Below, piece by piece: positions 11,913-25,700 of a stretch of 64,000 nucleotides of DNA. Both the position numbers and the translations under genes were made by a program. This DNA comes from Camelus ferus (Eukaryota): assembly GCF_009834535.1 (NCBI RefSeq), contig NC_045696.1, forward strand, positions 22,384,001-22,448,000. Reading direction: 5' to 3'. Positions within the stretch are counted from its first letter, which is position 1; the number at the start of each line of letters is the position of its first letter. Under the pieces are notes generated by a model. It was given only the letters and a program-made list of their open reading frames with translations. It ran no database searches and was not told the DNA's origin.

Positions 11913-13999
11913 TCAGCCCAGCTACTCTTAAAGGTGGGACAAATAAGAAAGGATATGACCAAAGATTTCCAATATCAGGAGAGAAACAAGACGATAGAGA
12001 GCACATAGCACTGACCTCATAAGACAGAACAAGGGAGGAAGTGCTGAGCTCCGCCTCGTGGAAGCCCTGGATGCTACCTAATAACCAGCCTTCAGAGGTG
12101 GAAAAAGCTAGGTATGAGGAGGGTTTAGAGAATGTGGACAGATTTGAGAAAGTGGAAGACTTGGAAATTTGCACAGAATGCATGAGGCTCTTTTAGGTAG
12201 TTTCAAAATGACACATTGATGGTGAGTGGGTAAGTTTGTTAGGTCCATGCCATCAGAGATTATGCTCAGAAAATCCTCAGACCCCCAGGAAAGGTAGCTA
12301 GCCAGGACTAAAAGGGTGCTAGCTAGGACAATAATAAATAGAAGTTAGGTCTGTGATAGACATTAGACTGATGAGAAGATGAATTTTATGTAGAATTATA
12401 CAAGTAGGGGAAATAAGGATGAACAAGATTTGTTTGGATGTTGCATGCTTTCGGAAACTGAGAAGTCATTAAATTTATATTTCCCATAGCAGGCACTCCA
12501 TTAAAGCCAAATCCAGAGAACTGTATTAGGAAACTAAATATCTGGCTTAGAAAGCAAAGGGAAAGGAAAGCGGAATCTTCCTGCATCAACTTGTGAACTA
12601 GGTGAAATGAGTGAAACTCAAGTGAGCCTGACTGAAAGAGGAAATGGGCAGCATCAGGAACGAAATCCTAGAAGCATATCCTCAAATAAAGAAGAAGAAA
12701 TTATAGCAGAAAGAATTGTTGTGCTGTTTTGAAGTAACACAAGTTCCTCAAGATGAGAAAAAGCAGATTTGGAGGTACACCAATCAGAAGACAGTCGTTC
12801 CTTGCTTCAGCAGAGTAGAATAGGACGTGCATTTTTAGCCCATGAACTCTCAGGAAAATAAACTGGATCTCTAGCTTGGAAACTGACAGGTTGTTTGGCT
12901 TCCATGAGATGAAGCAGTTTCAGATGTGACTCATTTTATCCTTTGATAAGTGAAATCATGATGTCATGTGCACATGCCATTGTTAGGTACACACAGGCTC
13001 GTGGGAGTTGCATGCTCTTAGGAAAGCTATGTGGTAGGAGTATTTGGCACAAGAGCCTCTCAAATATTAGGCAACATTATAATTTATATTACTTATTCAA
13101 AAATAATTACTGATTATAGCAATGCTCTTAAAGGCACTTGAATATTTTAATGTGAAATCTCATATCATGTCTCAAACCTCGGTTGGATCAAGTTTCAATT
13201 ACCGGACCCATTTTCCTTCCAGAATAATCAAAGACAGAGAAGGAAACAGACAGGTTGAAAAGGAGCCCCTGTAAGTTAAAGGAAGTTACCTGACAGGAGA
13301 TATACACTGATGCCGTGGGTTAGCCAGCACTCATGAGTCTTCCTCTGGGTACTTGGTGTAGAACATTCAGAGAATCATCCTTATCCTTTTGGCAAATGGA
13401 TGTGGGCAGAGCCCTCCACATCTGATAACAGCCTGCATTTCCAATGTTATGTCCAACCCTTTCCTCCCGCATAGTCTGAGCAACCATCCGTGGAGTTCTT
13501 CACGATTCTCTTCCCACGTCAGGATCTTTTGTAACCGTTCTTTGCTCCTGCAATGTTTCTTTAACAATATCCTTAGTCGTCGTCTTCTTTCGTGTGGAGT
13601 TATTTGTTCTGTCATTGGTGCCCCACAGTGCTTGGTTCTTAACTCTAAAAGCACAGAGTCTGCTTAGAGTCTGTGACCCTATTTATGTTTCTGTCTTTTA
13701 CACCTGGGCAGAGTCTATTGCTCAGTTCCCTCCTTAGTCATCTTGTTCCTGTCACGTTGCAGGAGGACTCAAAATGTCAAATTGCATCCTATGCGTTAGC
13801 GTGTGTTAGTCAAACTCCTGTGTAGAATATTTTCAAGCTTGAACTCAAGTTTGTCTTGACTTTCCCACTTACAGCAATGTGTTGTTTGGTTTAATTTATG
13901 TGGTCTGTGGACAGAGACTTAAATTCAAGAACGTTTTTTTTTAACCTATTAAAAGTTACATTTTTCTAGATGACTTCTAGATTCCTTGTAGTCTTACAT

Positions 14000-14245
14000 C
14001 CTTAGTTAGCAATCAGGCCTTTCAGTGTGACCTGGGGCAAGTAACTTAATCTCTTTCTCAAATGAAGACAGTACTTCCAAATTCAGAGGGTGGTTGTGAG
14101 GATTAAATGAAACAACATCTGGGATGGATTTAGGTCATTTCAGTAAGTAAATGTTTACGGTGCCTGTGTGGGTGCCGGGAACTGTGCCAGGGATCAGGGC
14201 TACAGCGATGACTCACTCAGCTGTGGGGGAAGTTACAATCTAGAA
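14000..14245 (+). mobile_element. MIR fragment followed by an L2 fragment
   Basis: TGTGACCTGGGGCAAGTAACTTAATCTCT...GTGGTTGTGAGGATTAAATGA. Confidence 0.65.
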
Positions 14246-15348
14246 GCCTCACCTGGTACGTACGATGGACTTACGAGCTCTTCATTCCCTTCTTCCTTTT
14301 TCTCCCTGGCCTATCAGTTATTTATATGCTGGAATTTGGAATGGAATGGGGACACAGCTTTAGATTTTGCATCTATTTGTCACATGATGTTTAAATACAG
14401 CAATGAACCTTACTTCAAGGAGTAAAGCTGAAGCACATGTCATTTCCTAATAGTGAAAGAGAGTAGGCCGACAAGAACAGCCCCAGATCAGAGAGGAGTT
14501 GTATGCTCTCAGAGGAGGAATGTTGTGGGAGTAACTGGCCCAATGATCTCCCAGCCTGTGAACAGCATTCAAGATTTCCTCATCTTAAGGGAAAAAAATA
14601 AAAATCATTTGTTTCATTAGCAAAGTAAACATGGCGACTAATGTCCCTAAGGCAGCAGTTTTATAAATGTATCACACAGAATGAAACAATGGCTTAAGAA
14701 GGTTATGTTGTTATTTTTGAAAACAGTCACCCAGTGGGTTTGGCCTCCGGGAATACTGTCCACACATTTTAAAAATGTACACTGGCCAATCAGTTTTGAC
14801 ACCTCCATCCTGCCCTACTGGTTTGCCCTCACTTCACTTCATTTAGCATCCTGTCTCTGTGTCAGTCATTTACATTTATTTCTAAAGTTGTGGCTGCAAG
14901 ACATGAGACTTCTTACTGAAAATGAGCAATTCAGCAATTGACTCGTAAAGATGTACTTAACTGCTTACAATTTTTAAAATACTGAGATAAAGAAAGTCAG
15001 AAAATGCTGAACTTTTAAAGCATCAACCGATTGGCCATTGTTGTGGAGTTTGGCTAAGTGTGTTAATATAGTGAGTTATATCAATAACAAATGATGGACA
15101 GGGATAAATGATGGATGGGATAACTCTCAAAGTAGGGGAAGGAATTCTTGGTGGAAGAATCTTCAAAAGCATAGAGATAAAAAGGAGTGTTCAGCGATGT
15201 TAAGAATGTAGTTGGAATGCAAAGTGGGCAAAGAAGCTGGTACCATTGGTTGTGCCTGCATGTAAAATAGTCCTTTATGCGGTTCTAAGGAGTTGGGATA
15301 GTGTCCTATGTGTGGCAGCCACTGGATGTTTTTAAATAGGATTGTGTA

Positions 15349-15480
15349 GGTAGGATGGTAGAGCACATGCTTAGCATCCATGAGGTCCTGAGTTCAATCC
15401 CCAGTACCTCCATCAAAATAAGCAAACTTAACTACTTCCCCTGCAAAAAAAATAATAAAAAGTGAAATAAAATTAAAAAA
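15349..15480 (+). mobile_element. tRNA-derived SINE (Vic-1-like), A box damaged or truncated
   Basis: ATGCTTAGCATCCATGAGGTCCTGAGTTCAATCCCCAGTACC; TSD taaataggattgtgta at 15333-15348 and 15481-15496. Confidence 0.92.
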
Positions 15481-16149
15481 TAAATAGGATTGTGTAATCT
15501 TTATATTTGTATTGGCATTGGTCAGTCTTCCCACCTGCCTCTCCACCGACGTTGCCTCTGTGCCTGCTGTAAGTGTCAGTAAGGACGTCCAGACTTCCAG
15601 GCCCAAGGACCGTTCACGGACGCCAGCTTCAGTGTGGAGGGCGTAGAGCCCTGCCTCTGTAGCAACACGGCATTTAGGATGCGTAGCTGGAGGAGGACCT
15701 TTGTAGTCTGCATAGAAAGAGCATGAGGACCGTCCTGGAGCCTCAGCAATAGACCACAAGGTTGCTGCGGTTTTATAAGACAGAAGAGTAATGTGCTCAT
15801 AGCACTGATCCTCATTGGCAGTTGTGAGGATTCTGTTCCATGAGAATGTTATGAATTGAATACCGTGTCAAGTGGAACCAACACAAAGTTGGTTCTTTAA
15901 TAGAAAGCCAAAACTTTGTTAATTCAGAGAATTTAAAGTCATCATCTGTTACTCGTTACAGACCTATCACTGTAAGTGAAGACGCTGAGGACACGTCATG
16001 GATACATGTGAGTGATGGAGGTCATGGTAGACTCCCCAGCAGCAGCTCCCATTTTCTTGGGAACAGCAGTGTCGTAAGGGGAGTTGACCTCAGCCCGAAA
16101 ACTGGGCATATCTCATCTAAAGAAGTGCTGTTTTCCTTTCATGTGCCTG

Positions 16150-16285
16150 TGAAACACTTGGTGATCTGGTTAAAAAGTGCAGATTCTGATTCAGAAGATC
16201 TGGGGTCAGGCAGAGTTTCTGCCTTGGCACCAAGCTCCAGGTGATGCTGATGCTGTTGGTCCTAGGACCACACTTGGAAGTGTTA
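16150..16285. mobile_element. MER5A-like hAT MITE
   Basis: TTAAAAAGTGCAGATTCTGATTCAG...CAAGCTCCAGGTGATGCTGATGCTG. Confidence 0.75.
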
Positions 16286-17382
16286 GAGGAAGTGTTCCTC
16301 TGGGGACATAGATCTTCAACTTTCTAATGGGAAGCGAGAGAAAATAGAATCCATTTACCTGAATTCGCTTTACCGCCAGCTTAGTTGTGTAACAGAGCCC
16401 GGATGGATCATTGATTCAGGAGTGTCAATGTGTTTGTTTTAGGGAAGCAGGCAGGAGTTGGGGGGGGGGTGAGGGGGTGGAGAGGGCGCAGTGCATGCTT
16501 GCGTGCCCATCTTTGGCCCCAAGCCTGACCTGCCCACCCTCCTCCCTGCCACCTCCCCAGCTCCAGCCTCCCCTACGCCACCCCATCAAGTCTTCACTTA
16601 AGCCAACAGCTGCCAGCTACAAAGTTGAAAAGCAGCTAGCCAGTAAGTTGGTGGAAACTCCTCCATATCTGAGCCAGTTAGTCATTTCCACTTGGTTCTT
16701 TTTTCCTTTTTTTTTTTTTTTAATGAAAAATGTCCTTATAATCCAGCTCTCATTTGGTGGAGATTTGGGGGAAAACATTTCAAAAGAGCTGCTAGCCAGG
16801 GCCTGGACCCTGTTGGCTGTGGCTTGGAAATTTGTACATGAGCAAATGGAGATTTGGGAAGGAAGGTGGGTCATAGCCCTAATTGGGGACATGATTTGAG
16901 GGGAGCAGTGGGGGACCATCCCTGGGCAGGTCGTTTTCTCACACTCACATAGACCTGCCGGCTGGTTGTTCAGGCAACGCGATGAGCTAACTTCTCTATC
17001 TGTGCGCTAAGCCTCGGGCTGTAGAGGAAGATCCACAGGCCAGAGAAGAGAGCACTTCTGCCTTCAGAGTTCTCCTGATTCAATGGGGGGAGTTTGGTCC
17101 TTACATCTAGGGGATCCCGCCCACTAGGGGAAGTAGGAACTCCCATCACTTCCCTTTATCCTCCCCACTCCCCCAGGAAACTGACTACACATTCAGCCAT
17201 CTGCAAGTGCACATGGGGCCAGGTGCAGACTATACACATCAATCCTGAGGGGTTTCAGAGGAAATAGAGAGGGAGGTGGGCTCCATCAGAACACATCTTC
17301 CTAGAACGTAGAACCTGGGGTCAGGAATGAAGATAGATGATTCTTGAAGAATCTGATCATCTTTAGACTCAAGACCTCTCTC

Positions 17383-17560
17383 TAGACAAACTTATGGTTG
17401 TCAGTGGGTAAAGGGCGTGGGAAGGGATATATTGGGGATGCGGAATCTGCACCTCTGGGGGAGTGATGGAAATGTTAGCTATCTTGATCATGGTGGTGGT
17501 TTCATGGCTGTATACATCTATTAAAATTCATCAAGTTGTACATCTGAAAAAAGTGCTGTT
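17383..17560 (+). mobile_element. L1 3'UTR fragment(s)
   Basis: AGACAAACTTATGGTTG...GGGAAGGGATA and GATGGAAATGTT..TATCTTGAT..GGTGGTGGTTTCATG. Confidence 0.7.
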
Positions 17561-17569
17561 TTCTTGTTG

Positions 17570-17990
17570 ATGACTGGTTAGTTGACAAGTGATATGTGAC
17601 CCCATTCTAGTCAGTGAGATGCAGAAAGAGGTTTCCAGGAGGCACTTCTGGAAGTTCTCTCCTTTTCAAAGTGCTGGATGAGAAATCAGTTTCTCTATCT
17701 CCAGCTGAACGTGAGCAGGGAGCACATGGTGAGGATTGTACTGGAAGCCACCTTAAGACTTCAAGGTTAACTTAGGTTAAAGCTTTGGGCTGAAAATAAG
17801 GAGAGAACCAAGGTCTTGATATCATGGCTGAGCCCTTTGAAGCAACTACCCCTGAAACTCATTCCACCCCTGTCCTTCCAGTTATGATAATTAAAACATT
17901 TCTTTAAACTGCAATGCTTTCAATATTTTTTCGTACTCATTTTCTACGTTATTGTGTTATGCCACTTCTGTTTTTAGAGCCATACATCTC
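17570..17990 (+). mobile_element. MaLR LTR (MLT1J-like)
   Basis: GATTGG-like start, ATGTGACCC..TTCT.GCCAATGAG-like core, CTGAGCC...AACC CTGAA. Confidence 0.5.
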
Positions 17991-18039
17991 AGCTCTGCTG
18001 CTTTCTTCCCCAATCATCCCCTTGACTCTTAGGTCATTG

Positions 18040-19025
18040 TTCTACACTTATCTAGGAAATCAACTCCTGACTGATACATCTTCTCTACTGAAATCCTGCC
18101 ATCAGCCTGGGTAACTTCAATATCCTCGAATGCTGTGTCCAGCATCCTTAAATCAGGGACCGTGAATCCTGACTCTGATGACCTTTACCTCTATTCCTCC
18201 TGAGCACTCATTTCCGAAGTCACATCATCTTCTTTGCTGTTCAGTTTTCTGACCATGAAGCTGTATCCCTTTCACTGCTCCCATCCATCCCACTTCCTTC
18301 CTTTCAGCTGAACCTGTTTTCTACCTCTTCGCACCCTCCCAGCTCTGGCTTCCTTCCTGGTTTCCCATTTGTTCTGTTCCTTCTTAGTTTCACTTCCCTC
18401 CCAGAACCAGCCCAGAGCCAGCTCAGAACCTATGTTTCCACACCACTATTTATTACCCTGTTATCAGCACCTGACTTCTCTCTCCCCTTTGGCTGTCTAC
18501 GAATTTTCAATATCTCTTAGCTTTTGAGTGATCTGACATTACTTTTACAGCTAGTACTTCTGGGTGAGGCCCTGCTGGAGAAAAAATACTTAATAGACTG
18601 AATCCATATAAGTTGGTTATTTTCAACTCATCTGGACATATGTACCATTCAGTGGAGTTTTTTTTTTTTCATACTTTCCCTGATATTGACCATTCAAAAC
18701 TTTTACCTACTCTTCAAACCTATCTATTTTCTCACTTCCTCATTCTTAGCAGATGTCCTGGCTTCCCACTTCACATGGAATATAGAAAATAGAAGCCACC
18801 GATATAACTTACTTCACATCATCTTATCTCCAACTTTGCTGCCTCTCCCCATCTTTCCCAGTTCTGTTTCTGTCTCAGAGGAAGAAGTGCTGCCCACTTA
18901 GTGGAGAGAGACCCTTCCGTGGATATTCTTGACCTTTTTAAGTTTTGTCAACTCTAGAGTTTTAACCAACCATTAGTCAGATCCACACATGTTCCCTGTG
19001 TTTACAAGCTCTCGATCTCTGCTTT
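18040..19025 (+). mobile_element. L2 LINE remnant
   Basis: Pyrimidine-rich degenerate L2 body (CTGGGTAACTTCAATATCC; CTCATTCTTAGCAGATGTCCTGGCTTCCCACTTCAC). Confidence 0.55.
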
Positions 19026-19329
19026 CTCTGGTTCTGTTCTCTTAGAGACGGGCACATGCTGGTTTAGTCCTGGCAGATTCTGGAGCAGCCATTTTCTTAG
19101 AAATGGCTTTGCCAGAGCAGGGGGTCCACTAGGGCCCACAGCCTTACCAGGTGATGGCAAGGGAGTTACCTCAGCTGTCCCAGGAGAGCCCCAGGCAGCT
19201 TGTTGCCCACTGACCTTTGTTCTCCCTTAACTGTCGGTGACTAAACTCTTACCTCACGCTGCTGCTGAGCTCCCTGATCCCTGCTGAGATTAGAGTTTCT
19301 GGCTGTCGTCATCAGTTCGGTTGCCTTTT

Positions 19330-19760
19330 ACTGTAAAGTGGTTTTTGTAGTAACCTTAAGCAAATGGAAATCTTATCAGAGTGATGTTGAAAGCTCCAAG
19401 AAGCAGTGAAGAGGCTGAAGGGAAGGAAAGTTTGACAAAGGACAAGAAGCAGGGCAGCTCTAGAAAGTCAGATCGGAAGGCAGACAACAGACATCAGGCT
19501 GAGAAGCTGTGGCTTTGCTCTAGAGACGGTCACTATGCCTGTAACTGTGAGCAGATCCTTGCTGTCCTGTTTTCTTTGCAATACTTATTCAAAATTCAGA
19601 ATCTTGGGCAAGGGCATTAGATTGCCTGAACTTAAGTCACTTGCTTGTGTTATGACTGCCAGGCTAGGAGTGAAGATGAAGGCAGGGAGGGACCAGGTGC
19701 CTTCGTGTTCCATAGTGGGAGGTGAGGTGCTTCACCCAATCCACAGCTGCCCTTTTTGGA
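19330..19760 (-). mobile_element. MaLR LTR (MLT1K/L-like)
   Basis: AAAATTCAGAATCTTGGG...GATTGCCTGAACTTAAGTCAC. Confidence 0.45.
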
Positions 19761-21084
19761 TTTCCAACCGTCTTGCGTATCCTTCCTTCCATACTCACAG
19801 TTATGAAGATGTCCTGCTTAATGAAATACTTGAAAAGGAACGTGTTCTCTCCCTAATGGAACAAGAATCCTGATTTGTTTCACTTGGTTACAAATTCAGT
19901 GGTTCAGTTTTTCACTTCATTTACTTGAAAAGGGGAATATTGCCATGTTATTTATAACACCCATGACTACATTTAAAATGATGGTACCTCCATTGTCTCT
20001 GACAATGAGCTAAAGGAATTTAGAATCACTAAGTAAACAGCAGCATAGTTACTTTAAAATATGGTGAAGTGCCTCTGAACTGATTTCCAACAAATTTTCC
20101 TCTTTTTATTTCATCAGGCCTTGGGGGGTTCGATATGGAGGTAAGGACATTTCCTCTATTAAACCAGGGGATAACACAAGGATTAGTAAGTTTCAGTGAA
20201 TAGAAATAATGAGGCACCATGCCACCAACACACACACACGTTTTTCAATTTCCTCCACTACTGACGTCCTTTATGTTTTGACAGGTCCTAATCTACTCTT
20301 AAATGTGAATTCTCAATAGCATAATCATGGTATGAAAAACACAAGGAGAAGATAAAATATTTCAGAGAAACCTTCTGAATGGTAAACATGAGTGCCTGCC
20401 CTTCTCCCTACCCTCCTGCTTCTAGCAAAGGGGTTGGGGACCCCTGGAAACATTGTAGAACTAGTTATTTTGTTCACACTCCATCATCAACATTAAATCA
20501 CATGGGATTGAGTTGGTAGCTTATTTACTTTCTGTTACAGTCTGGCAAACTCAAGTGAAATGCCTTTAATTGAAAGTCACATTTCTCTAGATTATTCAGA
20601 CTCTAGGCTATGAGAGCCATAAAGATTTACATATCCCCACTTGCTGGAATGTTCTCTATCACCTTGGTTATGAGTGTTGAAAGATAAGGCCAGATGCTTT
20701 TAAGAGTCGGCTCAACAGGCTTCTTTGGGCTTTAGAAATTGAAATTGCCTAGTTTATTAGTTGTTACTCTCAGGTAGACTTCAGTGGATATGAAGTCTTG
20801 TTTCTGTAGTCTTCAGTGTAGAAAAATATTACTCCATACTATCTCATAAATTTTCAAGGATTTCCTGATTAGAATAATCATAAAACTTTAATAATGTTCA
20901 ATTATTTATATGAACATAAGTTAATAAATCTGCAATTCAAAGTATTTTATGTCTCATTTATTTACATTGCTGTGTTGGAATTTTCACAATTTGTATCTCT
21001 TCAGTAGATGCAGCAGCCGTGGAAATGTGCTGCTCAGATCTCCTGCTGTGTGTTGTGTATTGTGAGTTGTAATATGCAAATAGG

Positions 21085-21775
21085 GATGTGCAAAAAATAA
21101 AATTGTACAGTATAATGAGTTATCATTAAGTGAATGCTCATAAAGTCACCAGAAAGACCATGAAATAAGACATCTCTAGAACCTAGAAGGTCCCCAAATA
21201 CTTCTTCTTAAATATTACTTCCTCTCTCCCATGAAAGAAACTACTAATGATTATGCTAACATCCTCCTTATGTTTATTTATAGTTTTCCCAGCTAAGCAT
21301 GCATCCCCAGTGTACTTTCATTTTGTCTTTTTTAAAAAAAAACTTGGTTTAAATAGAATCATTCACTGTGCATTTCATGTCTGTCATCTTCCTCTCATTA
21401 TGTCCTTGAGATCATCCATGCTCTATCTATTTGTAGTTTCTTAAATTTTATTGCTATATAGTATTCCATCTTATGGCATATACATTTATTTATTCTTTCT
21501 CTATTAATTAAAATTTAAATCATTTCAAGTTTGAGATTATTAAAAATTATGCTGTGGACATTCTTAGATCTGTTTCTTGGTGTATGTGGTATAGATTTGT
21601 TTGGTATATCCTAGTACTTGAATTTCTACTTATAGGGTATGTGTATCTTTACTTTAGAGAGAACAGTGAACTGTTTTCCCAAATGGTTGTACAAATTTTC
21701 ACCTTCACCAGCAATGCATGAGTATTCTCATTGCTCCACATCTTCACCAACACTTGCTATTGTCAATCTGCTTTA
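21085..21775 (-). mobile_element. Ancient L1 (L1M) 3' region
   Basis: ACTGTTTTCCCAAATGGTTGTACAAATTT...CCAGCAATGCATGAG...CCACATCTTCACCAACACTTG. Confidence 0.8.
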
Positions 21776-22344
21776 AAGATAAATAAAACTGAGAGAAATC
21801 ATACTTGTTTGGGGAAACTGAGAAATAATACTTTAGAGAGTAGTTAATGCAAAGATTAAGGGCATTAATTTTGAGTCAGAGAGACCTGGATTTTCCTCTT
21901 TAATGATATTTAGGGTGATGTTGTAGGAATAAATGGGATACTTAAAACAGTGTCTGGCATATGCTTAGGAATCACACATAGTTTTACCATTATTATTAAT
22001 TTTCATGGAAGAAGAGATATTTGGAATAAATAGAATTTTGAAAGGAAATATTGAGCAGCTTGGTAGAAAGGGAAGGAGATAAATTCTAGGCAGAAGAAAT
22101 CTCAAAAGCAAAAGTATCCATGGGGGATGCGATGCTTTGGTTGAAACATGGAGGAACAGTAATAGAAGGTAATCCTGGAAACTGAGGCTTAGAATTAGGA
22201 AAAAACCTAATGATGGGTGAGGTGTTTGGATCCCTTGTCTTCTACTTTAACACTTAAGGAAAACTCTATTTTTCAAATTTGCTAGTTATTTCTGCATACT
22301 GAACCCTTATGTTTCTTCTTTATTTAAAACTTTTGTTTTTTTTA

Positions 22345-22725
22345 CACTACGGCACATTGCAAAAATGATCATAGATTCTTCCTCTTCCATCAAGAAATGG
22401 AGCCTATTTCTTCAACCCTTGAATCTGGGCCAGCTTTGTGACTTGCTCTGGATAACAGACTGTGGCAGAGGGCCATGGTGAATGAGGTTTTCGACAATTC
22501 TACCCACCTTCCTGGAACCCTTAAATTACCATGGGAATACTCACGAGCATGTTGTAGATTGGAGACTATATGGAAAGGGGATCCAGGAATCCTGTCCATC
22601 CCAGACAACACCACCAAAGTGGCCGGACTCAACCAATCCATAAGATGACCATGGATACTTGAGATCAGCCCGGCCCAGCGCAGCCAAGCCTAGAAGAACC
22701 ACTCTAATTGTTGACCATAAAACTG
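22345..22725 (+). mobile_element. MaLR LTR (MLT1G/H-like), 5' part; 3' part at ~28285-28357
   Basis: CCCTTGAATCTGGGCCAGCTTTGTGACTTGCT; resumes GTTGGTGTTTTAAGCCATTAAG...GTTATGCAG after the L1. Confidence 0.75.
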
Positions 22726-25700
22726 AGGCTGTGGCATTGGAGAGACGATTCTTGACAGGCTACCACCTTCAGGACTCAGCATAGATAGTGGTCAGAGACA
22801 TATAACCTTTCTGTTAAGAAGGCCTTTTTTCTTGTGATGGAGCTTTAGCCTGAGGGGCAGGCTTCAGGTTTGGCACACATTAATGGCTTATCAAGCTGCT
22901 CTCAAGGAATGTAGGCTCCCCTCTGCCTTGCTCCAGCTTGCCAGTATCACCCAGAAAAGAGCTTATACACTCATCTGGAGACCTGGTTTTTGTAACTGCT
23001 ACACAGGAGACACCTCCAGATTTCTTGGCTCTGGTGGCTAGTAGTGCTTATGCTTGTGGTCCAACAGGACAGTAAATATTTGCATACTTTTAAAAGCTGA
23101 TGCCTGAGGGTCTTGATTTTAGTCAGCTTAAATCTCGGTCTGGGTTCCTCCCCTTTGTGACATGACAGGTCTTGGCACATCTTCAATTATTGGGAGCTAT
23201 TAAAATATAATAAAAAAAGGTTTGAGAAACAACAAAGAGTAAGATGAGTTTAAATGACAAAGTTCATCTCCTACACAAGGCCACACCTTCAAGACTGAGA
23301 GAGGTAATATTCTCATCTACTGATTAGAAACCAACACAGAGTCAGTAAAATGAAGAAACAAGGGAATATGTTCCAAACAAAATATCAGGATAAATCCTGA
23401 GGAAAAAAAGTTAATAAAATGGAGATAAGTAAATTACCTGATTAAGAGTTCATAGTGATGGTCATAAAGATGCTCAGCTAAGCTAGGGAGAAGAGAAAAT
23501 GAACACAGTGAGAACTTCAAGAGATGGAAAAATATAAGAAAATACCAAATAAAAGTCACAGAGCTGAAGAATACAAAACTGAACTGGAAAAATACTCCAG
23601 AGGGGTTCAACAACAGACTAGATTAAGCAGAAGAAAATCTCAGTCAGCTCAAAGACAAGGCAGTGGAACTCATCCAGTCAAAGTAGCAAAAAGAAAAAAA
23701 AAAAGAAAAAGAAAAAAGTGAAGGTAGCTTAAGAGACTTAAGGGACAACATCAAATGGACTAGCATTTGCATTGTAGGGTTCCAAGAAGAGCATGAGAGA
23801 GAGAGAAAGGGGCAGAAATTTTATTTGAAGAAATAATGAATGAAAACTTTTCAAACATCCAGATTCAGGAAGCCCAGAGAGTTCCAAATAAGAGGAACTT
23901 AAAGAGACCCACAGTAAGATACTTTATAATTAAAATGTCAAAAGTTAAAGACAAAGAATTTTAGAAGCAACAAGAGAAAAAACAACTATTTACATACAAG
24001 GGAACCCTCATAAGACTCTCAGCAGATTTTTCAGGACAAACTTTGCAGGCCTGAAGGGAGTGGCACGATATAGTCAAAGTGCTAAAAGAAAAAAATCTTC
24101 CAACCAAAACCACTCTACCCAGCAAAATTATTCAGAAGTGAAGGAGAGATAAAGAATTTTCCAAAAAAGCAAAAACTAAAGGAGTTCACCTTGGTCTTAC
24201 AAGAAATGTTAAAGCTTCTTTAAGCTGAAAAGAAAGGGTGGTAATTAGTAATAGGGACACATGTAAAATAATTAACCTCACTGGAAAGGTAATATATACT
24301 AAAGGAAGTGGATCAATCACTTATAATGCTACTATGGAGGTTAAAGGACAAAAGTAGTAAAAATAACTATGATAACAGAAGTTAGCTAAGGGATACACAA
24401 GATAAAAGATGTAAAATATGACATCAGAAACAAAACATGGATTTGGGAGAGTAATGATGTTGAGCTTTACAGTGGGATCAAACTTGTTACCATGTAAAAT
24501 AGACTGCTATAGGTATACATTGTTATATGTATAATTTGTTACATGTAAGCCTCATGGTGACTGCAAAGCAAAAACCTAGCACAGACCTAGAGGGAGAAAT
24601 AGAAAGCAATTAAATAAATAGTAGGAGACTTAATACCTCATTTAAATCAATGAATAGATCATTCAGACAGAAAATCAGTAAGAAAACATTGGCATTAAAC
24701 AACACATTATGCCAGATGGACTTAACAGATATTTACAGAACATTTTACTCAAAAGCAACATATTATACATTATTCTCAAGTGCACATGGAACATTTTCCA
24801 AGATTGATTATATATTGGGCCACAAAACAAATCTTGACAAATTTAAGAGAACTGAAATCATATCAAGTATCTTTTCCAAACATGAGAGTATAAAATTAGA
24901 AACTAATTACTCAAAGAAAACTGAAAAATTCACAAATAGGTGGAGATTGAACAACATGTTACTGAACAAGCCAGTAGGTCAAGGGAGAAATAAAAAGAAA
25001 TAAAAAATACCTAGAAACAAATGAAACCAGAAATGTAACATACCAAAATTTGTGGGATGCAGCAAAAGCAGTTCTAAGAGGGAAATTCATAGAGATAAAT
25101 GCCTACATCAAGAAACAAGAGAAGTCTCAAATGAACCTGGCTTTATACTTCAAGGAACTAGAAAACGAAGAACAAATGAAGTCCCAGCCTAGCAGAAGGA
25201 AGAAAATAACAAAGGCTAGAGAAGCAATAAATAAAATAGAGACTAAAGAGACAATAGAAAAGATGAATGAAACTAAGAGCTGGTTCTTTGAAAAGAAATA
25301 AAACTGACAAACCTTTAGCTAGACTCACCAATAAGAAGAGAGGACTCAATTAAATAAAGTCGGAAATGAAAGATGTTATAAATGATATCACAGAACTACA
25401 AAAGGATCATGAGAGTCTACTATGAACAATTATACACCAACAAATTGGACAACCTAGAAGAAATATATAAATTCTTAGAAACATACAACCTACCAAAGCT
25501 GAATCATGATGAAATAGAAAATCTGAACAAACTGATTACTAGTAAGGAGATTAAATCAGTAATCAAAAAGCTCACAACAAACAAAAGTCCAGGACCACAT
25601 GGCTTCACTAGTGAATTCTACCAAACATTCAACGAAGAATTAATACCAATTCTTCTCAAACTGTTCCATAGATTAGAAGAGGAGGGAGCTCTTCCAAACT

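Noticed and set aside
13367..13667. Overlapping 92-95 aa ORFs as an exon
   Set aside because: No recognisable protein or convincing splice sites; composition suggests a decayed ancient LINE.
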